In this document: piece after piece, positions 13,036-21,714 of the stretch
How the letters are laid out: each line of letters begins with the position of its first letter
How positions within the stretch are numbered: the stretch's first letter is position 1
Assembly (NCBI RefSeq): GCF_006345805.1
Contig: NC_043000.1
Coordinates: forward strand, 75,640,001-75,704,000
Reading direction: 5' to 3'
Source of the DNA: Octopus sinensis
Lineage: Eukaryota
Length of the DNA stretch: 64,000 bases
The notes under the pieces: model-generated
What the model was told of the DNA's origin: nothing
Databases searched by the model: none
The model's input: only the letters and a program-made list of their open reading frames with translations
Made by a program: the position numbers and the translations under genes

Positions 13036-13674
13036 GCCTTAATTTTACAGATATTAACGAACAGTCATATGATCCCATATATGTCGAGTTGATAGCTTTG
13101 CTTTGTAGTGATCCTACAACGGCGCGCGCTCGCGCACCGACCATTTGTATTTCGCGCGTGTTGGTGCCTTCACCAAGTGAGAGGAAGGGCCCTCTCGCGC
13201 ATGCGCGAACCACCGGAAGAACGACCCTGGCCAAGGCAGGGGGATCGTAGAACGTTTGACCACTAGCAGCAGCAAGCGGTGACTTGGGACCCAGCGATTG
13301 AAGGCGGCGGTCACGCATATATTCTCTCCGGTTGATAGCAGCAGTCGGCCGAAACCAAATTGTTGCCGACCACATTCAACTTCCCTGTTCGACGCCATCT
13401 TGAATCCGTTTCTGTTTTTGGGCTGGACATTGTAAATATTACAATCTATTAACTTATAGCGGTGCGCGCCCAGAATCAAGGACATCAGATAACACGCTTA
13501 TTGTTATTGTTACCAAGAAAGAGAATAAAGTAGTTATATATATATTTCACGTCTGCGTCTTGTTGTTTCTGACGGGCAGAGATAATGGATTATTATTAAC
13601 GAACGAGTGAGTGATTGCTTTGTGCACCCCAAAAGTGCACTAGGATATTCACATTCACACTAAGCTCGTTACAG

Positions 13675-13692
13675 TGGTGACCCCGACGTGAT
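13675..13692 (+). other. Primer-binding site complementary to tRNA-Trp
   Basis: TGGTGACCCCGACGTGAT lies 1 nt after the 5' LTR and is the 18-nt tRNA-Trp-type PBS. Confidence 0.92.
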
Positions 13693-15215
13693 TCTGGTCT
13701 AAAACCAGAGATCACTGAACAACAAAAAAAAATCCAGTTTTTCTGCGAAGTCGGAACACGATTTAACTCTACGCATTCAACTTTCGACGATTTGTTTCCG
13801 GTCACCACAAACAGTTGTAGAAGGAGCCTCTTTCTTATTCTACAGCCATGATGACGAACGCCATCACATCATCGATGCCTTTTCTCCACCTTCGTCATCA
13901 TCATCGTCGTCTGTCTACTTCACGTCGTCGCTATCTTCGTCGCCATCATCACTAAGAACGATGTTGTCCCAAGTCCACTACAGTCGCCTTCCACTACCAA
14001 CGTCGCCTTTCAACACCGTCGACCTCCACAAGATGTACATAGCATCTCGCGGAACTTTAGTGTGCACGCTGTATTGTGCATATGCACACCAAGGATTCAC
14101 AGCACCGTCTATCTACGAGATTCTTCTGTTCCAGTTAACCTGTCACAGCATCGAAGCCACAACTGTTACACGATATGTGTTCAACCGGCATCTGCATTTT
14201 GTGATTTCAACATTTCTGTTACAGAACGAACTGCTATTGTACATCAGGCTATTATAGACTGGTAAACTAATTCCATTGTCTGGAATAGCCCGAGAGACAT
14301 TTTTTCTATGCGCTGTATATTCTTTTATATTTTTGCTCGCATTCACCTTGTATGTATTCCTGTCGCACACACGTACACACACATAAATGCTCTCTCTCAC
14401 ATACATACGTCACACATGCTTTTCTCGCTTGTTTGTTCCATGCTAAATTTGCCTTTTGTGGACACCCCTCATTTCTATAGACCCTAGCGGTCACGTATAC
14501 ATAGAGAGGGTTGTTTGTCCATTATAACGCGCCAGCATGTCATACTTTTGTTCCTATACGAACGAAGCATATAATCGCTTAACCACTGGCATATTCATTT
14601 GCTGTTTTTCGGTCTGGCAAGCACCATTGCATTTCATGCGTTTTTTGCTTCGCACGTGTACTTGCCTTGTTTTTGCAACACGTGCGTTAGCCTAATTCTT
14701 TTCCCGACTCATAGATCGGATGTTCACATGCGCTGCGCCGATTTATAGGCGTAATTATTTTTCCCTGTTAGACCACTGTTTGGTCACGTAATTAACAGAA
14801 AATTATCTGTGTCGCGCATCACACCAGCATGTTTGCACTTTTGCCTTTTGTGTTACTAGCGAGCTTCTGCCAATTCCATTTCCTCTCCTGCAGCAATTGA
14901 TTTAACTGCTATTTCGCAGGATCAACTACCTTTAGAGAAGTTGGATTTTAATTTCGCCTAGGTTCAATAACTGTGAGTTCTGCCTTTTCTTCCGCTTCCT
15001 ACAGCGGAAGGGTTCTATACCTTGTGACGTATACACTTTCATGCATGCACTCTTGATTTTTGCTCATTGAGTATTTTTTTTCTCTTTTTCCTTTAGTAAA
15101 TTTCTTGTGTATGTTATAAATTTTGCCATTATATTATTGTGTGCTATTTGGTTATCTGGTGTCCACCTTGAGTTTTGCAGTCACTACAATAAGTTTCCTT
15201 TCGTGCGTACGCACT

Positions 15216-15226
15216 GGAGGGGAGCC
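15216..15226 (+). other. Polypurine tract of element A
   Basis: ggaggggagcc immediately precedes the 3' LTR start tgtagtga. Confidence 0.85.
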
Positions 15227-16486
15227 TGTAGTGATCCTACAACGGCGCGCGCTCGCGCACCGACCATTTGTATTTCGCGCGTGTTGGTGCCTTCACCAAG
15301 TGAGAGGAAGGGCCCTCTCGCGCATGCGCGAACCACCGGAAGAACGACCCTGGCCAAGGCAGGGGGATCGTAGAACGTTTGACCACTAGCAGCAGCAAGC
15401 GGTGACTTGGGACCCAGCGATTGAAGGCGGCGGTCACGCATATATTCTCTCCGGTTGATAGCAGCAGTCGGCCGAAACCAAATTGTTGCCGACCACATTC
15501 AACTTCCCTGTTCGACGCCATCTTGAATCCGTTTCTGTTTTTGGGCTGGACATTGTAAATATTACAATCTATTAACTTATAGCGGTGCGCGCCCAGAATC
15601 AAGGACATCAGATAACACGCTTATTGTTATTGTTACCAAGAAAGAGAATAAAGTAGTTATATATATATTTCACGTCTGCGTCTTGTTGTTTCTGACTAGT
15701 AGAATTCTGGATTATTAAAGCAACGGCTAGTGAGTGATTGCTTTCTTGTACCCCGAAAGTACAAGATCAGATGTTCACATCACTCACTAAGTTCGTTTCA
15801 GCTTCTTCAAGCGAAAGAATACCATAAAATAACTTCCTTTGACACACACATGTATACACACACATTCACACGTATACACACACTCTAGGTAAAACTTCTG
15901 TGAGAATTATGTTATTTCTTGCAGTGTGCACACGTAAATTTACAGCTCAAATTGAAATGATCTTTTTCTGTTGTATAATTTGCATTTGTGATCTTTGATT
16001 TAAACTTAAAAGGAAGTTTTCGCAGAAATCCTTTCCTTTACCTCTTCTTTCTAGAATGTTCGAGGTGACATTTCCTCTCCCCACCTTATTTTTTCCTAAA
16101 TTTCTTCCAATTCCCTTGTTTGTGTAACAAGGATGAAGGTCTCTGGAACACTTGAGGGGTGCCGGTCTTATCCTGTTACATTAAATTATTTGTTGAAAGG
16201 AAAACCAAGACTTCAAATATCTTCAACAGCAATAAATGATATTAATTTTTCTGGATTCGCAATAATATATATACATATATTTCCTTTAGGGCAAACCGGT
16301 AGCCATGGGCCATGAAAACTAGTCACATTAGTTAACTCGTGTGAGCCAAATGCTGTCTCGTTCCAGCGTAGAAGGGCTTCTCCACATGTTGGCTAGCTTG
16401 GGAGGCCTCCGAGGACATGTCCATTCAATTCAGCTGCAGCTTCGAAAAGACAGATCCAGCGGGAAATCTTGCTGTTGGTACTTCTC

Positions 16487-16546
16487 TGCGCATGCACATG
16501 AGGGAACTTCCGGCTGCATGCGTGCTGAAGACTTCCAAAAATGGCG
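16487..16546 (+). promoter_or_regulatory. Possible promoter-like motif cluster (NRF1-, ETS-, YY1-like)
   Basis: tgcgcatgca, acttccgg and aaaatggcg within 60 bp in a locally GC-richer patch. No downstream gene identified. Confidence 0.3.
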
Positions 16547-16659
16547 TCACTACATTTGCAATACAGGAGATTGGGATTCACCCACAAAATATGTTCTCAA
16601 TATTTTAATTTTCTTCCTCTCCACACCAAATTCATTTTTTACTTTTTTCAAATTATTTT

Positions 16660-17010
16660 CTTGATAATCCATGGAGAAAAAACAGAGAGTACGAATCTTT
16701 AAGAATTTTATCAATCACCTCAACACTTTCAAAAAGCTACACACTCCCAATGTTTCACTTTTAGCTTTTTAGAAAGCGGGGAAATTTCTTCTGAAATAAT
16801 ATCATTTACTTGTTGTTTCTAGCATGTCATGTTTTCTGGTGGTGATCTATTTCAGTAGAATTCTACGCATGCGGGAAGCATCAAGAAAAGTGAAAGACTG
16901 GGAGATTTTAGCTTTTTGAAAGCCGGTAGGTGAATTAAAAAATTAAACTTTAAAAAAATATATTTGGCAGATTTGTAATCTCTGTACTTCTCTATGTAGA
17001 TAACAAGACA
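16660..17010. mobile_element. MITE-like element with long imperfect inverted arms
   Basis: 16660-16765 pairs with 16883-17010 (tttcaaaaagcta/tagctttttgaaa, tttcactttt/aaaagtgaaa, cttgataatc..agagagtacgaatc/gatttgtaatctctgtac..gataacaag). Confidence 0.55.
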
Positions 17011-17221
17011 AACAAACAAAAAATTGCCGTGGGGAAAGCACTTTCATGTAAACCCATGCAAATTGTACCCTATCCCTTCACTTTTAAACAAACAATAACT
17101 TCCATTATGCCATTAACTCTATATCAGCTGTACCGATTCTGCCCATAAGACAGGCGTAAATAATACAATGTGCCTGTAGGTCATAACACCCAGGCAACAC
17201 CGTCATGCATTATATATATAC

Positions 17222-17421
17222 TCTTTTACTTGTTTCAGTCATTTGACTGCGGCCATGCTGGAGCACCGCCTTTAGTTGAGCAAATCGACCCCGGGACTTA
17301 TTCTTTGTAAGCCCAGTACTTATTCTATCGGTCTCTTTTGCCGAACCGCTAAGTGACGGGGACGTAAACACACCAGCATCGGTTGTCAAGCAATGCTAGG
17401 GGGACAAACACAGACACACGC

Positions 17422-17454
<33 letters not shown>

Positions 17455-17630
17455 CACACATATATACGACAGGCTTCTTTCAGTTTCCGTCTACCAAATC
17501 CACTCACAAGGCATTGGTCGGCCGGGGGCTATAGCAGAAGACACTTGCCCAAGATGCCACGCAGTGGGACTGAACCCGGAACTATGTGGTTGGTTAGCAA
17601 GCTACTTACCACACAGCCACTCCTGCGCCT
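17222..17630 (-). repeat. tRNA-derived SINE (octopus type) with internal (CA/TA)n microsatellite
   Basis: Minus-strand head ggcgcaggagtggctgtgtggt...gggttcagtccc has A and B boxes. Tail ...ccagcatggccgcagtcaaatgactgaaacaagtaaaagag. Confidence 0.85.
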
Positions 17631-18190
17631 ATATATACATTTTCTCGTTTTGTAATTATTTGTATTTTTTGTACATGTATTTTTATTTTTGCAGTTTTAT
17701 TGTTTGTCTATACCAGAAAAAAAAGGCTTTTTCGTTCGTCCTCTTGTGTGTTTGATTTCCTGTATCGTATTCTCTTTTTATTTTCTCGTTTTGTAATTAA
17801 TTGTATTTTTTGTACATGTATTTTTATTTTTGCAGTTTTATTGTTACGTCTTGTTCGTGTTCGTACTCATTTTGCCCCGCTGCTTGGAATTGTATTTTAA
17901 TTCTCTCGCAGGAAGGCTTATTGGATTAGTGCTCTGTCTCTGCCTTCGAAACATGCTTGACTCCACTAGCGACAACTGATGACGGGGGTTTTGTCCTTGT
18001 GTAGCTCGTCCTGTAATTGTTTTTTCGTTTTCTTGTTTTTCGTTTTCTTGTTTTTTGTTTTTTTCCGTTTCTACGTCTTATTGTGATGTCCTGTACTCAC
18101 GTATAATTATTTATATATGCATGTATATATACATGTAGATGTAGGTACGTACATATATGTTTGTATGTATGCATATATTTTTATTTATCA

Positions 18191-18236
<46 letters not shown>

Positions 18237-18520
18237 ATAATTAATTAATAAGGGTGAGAGAATTAGATACTAATTTAATAGTATATCTATTCAACACCAA
18301 GTGGCCTAGTGCTCCGAGAAACCTGGATTATTATAATATTTTATAATATATTATAATATTTTTACAAAATAAATATAAGAGAGTGGTCACTATATGGCTC
18401 ACTCTAGCACCAGTTAATCCAAAAGGTTTCAACCACAAAAATACATGTTTCCCATGAAAGTCAGTACGATTGTTAGCTCACACGGACAGGGCAAATAAAA
18501 AATAACAAAAATACAGATTA

Positions 18521-18602
18521 TTTTGGGACAATTGTTTCGCTATTAATGAATTAAATGTAATTTTACTTACAAAAAAATCCACTTGTAGCTCGTCAGCCAA
18601 AA
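18521..18602 (-). ncRNA. Type-I hammerhead ribozyme, family 1 (minus-strand copy)
   Basis: Reverse complement of 18813-18894. Confidence 0.85.
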
Positions 18603-18812
18603 CTATCTGGATGAAATCCACTCAATCACACGCCAGATTTTACCATAACGATAAATACGCGTGTGGTTCAATTGATCACATCCGACGTTAGTTTGGCGCG
18701 CTGTTAGTTGGGGCATTTGAATTATAACGTCGGATGTGATCAATTGAACCACACGCGTATTTATCGTTATGGTAAAATCTGGCGTGTGATTGAGTGGATT
18801 TCATCCAGATAG

Positions 18813-18894
18813 TTTTGGCTGACGAGCTACAAGTGGATTTTTTTGTAAGTAAAATTACATTTAATTCATTAATAGCGAAACAATTGTCCCAAAA
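18813..18894 (+). ncRNA. Type-I hammerhead ribozyme, family 1
   Basis: Stem I ttttgg/ccaaaa, core CUGACGA (18819-18825), stem II GCUA/UAGC, GAAAC-AAUU-GUC with palindromic stem III. Predicted cleavage after C18888. Confidence 0.85.
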
Positions 18895-19347
18895 TAATCT
18901 GTATTTTTGTTATTTTTTATTTGCCCTGTCCGTGTGAGCTAACAATCGTACTGACTTTCATGGGAAACATGTATTTTTGTGGTTGAAACCTTTTGGATTA
19001 ACTGGTGCTAGAGTGAGCCATATAGTGACCACTCTCTTATATTTATTTTGTAAAAATATTATAATATATTATAAAATATTATAATAATCCAGGTTTCTCG
19101 GAGCACTAGGCCACTTGGTGTTGAATAGATATACTATTAAATTAGTATCTAATTCTCTCACCCTTATTAATTAATTATAATTATGCTACATTTATTTCTA
19201 AATGCAGTATTTGTTTTCCGTGAAAGTTTGGCGCGCTGTTAGTTGGGGCATTTGAATTATAACGTCGGATGTGATCAATTGAACCACACGCGTATTTATC
19301 GTTATGGTAAAATCTGGCGTGTGATTGAGTGGATTTCATCCAGATAG

Positions 19348-19429
19348 TTTTGGCTGACGAGCTACAAGTGGATTTTTTGGTAAGTAAAATTACATTTAAT
19401 TCATTAATAGCGAAACAATTGTCCCCAAA
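19348..19429 (+). ncRNA. Type-I hammerhead ribozyme, family 1 (third copy)
   Basis: Same core as 18813-18894, with one stem I mismatch (cccaaa). Confidence 0.78.
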
Positions 19430-19582
19430 TAATCTGTATTTTTGTTATTTTTTATTTGCCCTGTCCGTGTGAGCTAACAATCGTACTGACTTTCATGGGA
19501 AACATGTATTTTTGTGGTTGAAACCTTTTGGATTAACTGGTGCTAGAGTGAGCCATATAGTGACCACTCTCTTATATTTATT

Positions 19583-19655
<73 letters not shown>

Positions 19656-19845
19656 TGAGTGTATTTTTACCTTGTTAACAAGTAACACGGAAAAATAAAT
19701 AAATAGTTACCAGGGCAGCAAAAATCTCACAAGTAAAGATGTTGTAACTCCTTGTTTATAAAGGTTGAAACTTCGTGTTTACGTTGAATATTTTGAATAA
19801 TATGAATAAAAAATGGAGTTAACGCAGGTTTAAACAAGTATTTTT

Positions 19846-19931
19846 ACTTTCTACACATGTTTCGAAAATTCCAGTGATACTATTCAAAAGAATACATGGT
19901 ATAAACAATGCAATCTTCTCTTCGGGAAAGT
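19846..19931 (-). ncRNA. Type-I hammerhead-like ribozyme, family 2 (core variant CCGAAGA)
   Basis: Minus strand: stem I actttc/gaaagt, core CCGAAGA (U4 changed to C), stem II GAAG/UUUC, GAAAC-AUGU-GUA. Lies downstream of a Penelope endonuclease C-terminus. Confidence 0.65.
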
Positions 19932-20119
19932 GAAAAAAACGAAACTCGTCAATACGACATTTTAGCAAAAAATGATGGATTTGTATAGCGATAGACAGAA
20001 CGCTATTAATATTGTTTAAAAAAAACGTTATATGATATAACGTCACAAGTAGCTAACAGAAAGAGTAGGGATATTAATAGTGAATGTTAAATATAAAGGA
20101 AATTAAAGTTTAAATTATA

Positions 20120-20549
20120 TATAATGATAGAGACTACTTATATGCACTAAAGGTATGTTTCTGCCAATGCTTACATCTGTATGCTCGTTCTATAACCGTG
20201 TTTACTAGAGTATTTTTAGAAAAAATAATGAAAAATAGTTCAGAATTGCAGAGAAGACAGAATTTCTTGCCTTTGTCATATGGTATCGAAATTGAGAGGA
20301 TCAACCATTCTAAATGAAATTGTTCATTGTGGTCTTTTAAATCCCAAATCAGTTTGCTGAGACCGGTACTATACCAGTGTATAATCAGTACTCGTAATAA
20401 AGTACGATTTTACATTGGAAGCACATCGTTAGAGTTATCTAAAAGAATTTCTATCCATTACTCAACATTTAGGGATAGAAATAAACGGAATAGTACCGGT
20501 CTCAGCAAACTGATTTGGGATTTAAAAGACCACAATGAACAATTTCATT
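20120..20549. pseudogene. Penelope-like GIY-YIG endonuclease fragments in inverted arrangement
   Basis: Plus: YQCII...FYIGSTSLELSKRISIHYSTF...STGLSKLIWDLKD. Minus: ...EWLILSISIPYDKGKKFCLLCNSE...RCKHWQKH. 60-bp inverted arms at 20313-20372 and 20490-20549. Confidence 0.8.
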
Positions 20550-20704
20550 CTCTCTTACCTGTCTGTGTCTTGGCTACACGCGGGTGGGAAGGGGCTGGTG
20601 ACACAAACTTTCATTCACACTTTGAATTTGGTACTGATACTGAGTTGAGATGATGCCTTCTAGTATCTCGAAATTTAATATACAATTATTCATAATTGTA
20701 ATGT

Positions 20705-20795
20705 CCTACGCTGATGAGAAAAGAAGTTGGGTAAGATATAATTATCTAATTCTTATGCTTTCCTAAAACTTAATTTCGAAACGTACGTCCGTAGG
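20705..20795 (+). ncRNA. Type-I hammerhead ribozyme, family 3
   Basis: Stem I cctacg/cgtagg, core CUGAUGA (20711-20717), stem II GAAA/UUUC, GAAAC-GUAC-GUC. Predicted cleavage after C20789. Confidence 0.9.
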
Positions 20796-21287
20796 TGACT
20801 TAAAATTGTATGATAGATTGCCGTCATTTCATTCTCTCTTACCTGTCTGTGTTTGCCTTTCAAGTGCTGTGTTTTTACTGAGATCTCCCTTTTAGTATAA
20901 AGAATAGCTATAACTCTTTGACTGCTATTTCTAAATTCGGTGTGTGGTGTGGCAATTCGTTGCTAAACCCTTAATTGCTTAGTATTACTTAAATTTTCCT
21001 CGAATGAGGCTTTTACATGCCGAAATCTACTTGGTGTAATTAATAATTATTCCAAATTAATTAATTTCACCCTATATTGTTACTGATAACCATATTTCAT
21101 CCCAGTAAATGACCACAGCATCTTGTCTTGGCTACACGCGGGTGGGAAGGGGCTGGTGACACAAACTTTCATTCACACTTTGAATTTGGTGGTACTGGTA
21201 ACGGCTTTAGCTTGCTCTGATACTGAGTTGAGATGATGCCTTCTAGTATCTCGAAATTTAATATACAATTATTCATAATTGTAGTGT

Positions 21288-21378
21288 CCTACGCTGATGA
21301 GAAAAGAAGTTGGGTAAGATATAATTATCTAATTCTTATGCTTTCCTAAAACTTAATTTCGAAACGTACGTCCGTAGG
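21288..21378 (+). ncRNA. Type-I hammerhead ribozyme, family 3 (second copy)
   Basis: Same core and stems as 20705-20795. Confidence 0.9.
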
Positions 21379-21714
21379 TGACTTAAAATTGTATGATAGA
21401 TTGCCATCATTTCATTCTCTCTTACCTGTCTGTGTTTGCCTTTCAAGTGCTGTATTTTTACTGAGATCTCCCTTTTAGTATAAAGAATAGCTATAACTTT
21501 TTGACTGCTATTTCTAAATTCGGTGTGTGGTGTGGCAATTCGTTGCTAAACCCTTAATTGCTTAGTATTACTTAAATTTTCCTCGAATGAGGCTTTTACA
21601 TGCCGAAATCTATTTGGTGTAATTAATAATTATTCCAAATTAATTAATTTCACCCTATATTGTTACTTATATATATATATATATTTTACTACTAATATTT
21701 ACTACTAATATAAG

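Larger units (their letters stand above)
13104..15800 (+). mobile_element. Complete non-autonomous LTR retroelement (element A), 2.7 kb, no recognisable coding sequence
   Basis: 5' LTR 13104-13673 (TG...CA), 3' LTR 15227-15800, 4-bp TSD GCTT (13100-13103 and 15801-15804), PBS and PPT present. Confidence 0.92.
18236..19587. mobile_element. Penelope-like terminal-repeat (pLTR) array: one inverted copy and two direct copies, no ORF
   Basis: Arms 18236-18690 and 18725-19179 form an inverted repeat with a 34-bp spacer. 18690-19050 recurs as a direct copy at 19225-19585. Each copy holds a hammerhead, and the array is flanked by (TA)n. Confidence 0.75.
20566..21668 (+). repeat. Tandem direct repeat (~560-580 bp, two copies), Penelope-like pLTRs
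   Basis: 20566-21085 is repeated at 21124-21668, and each copy contains a hammerhead. Confidence 0.8.

Noticed and set aside
12986-13485. ORFs of 120-130 aa duplicated at 15184-15608
   Set aside because: They lie inside the GC-rich LTRs, and the duplication is explained by LTR identity.
17895-17975. Hammerhead-like hairpin gaaggc...gccttc-gaaac
   Set aside because: No CUGANGA core precedes the stem and no stem I is present. At most a decayed relic.
20995-21040. cgaatga-ggc...gcc-gaaa second hammerhead-like motif in the pLTR (also near 21580)
   Set aside because: The core deviates at two positions and stems I and III are not convincing.
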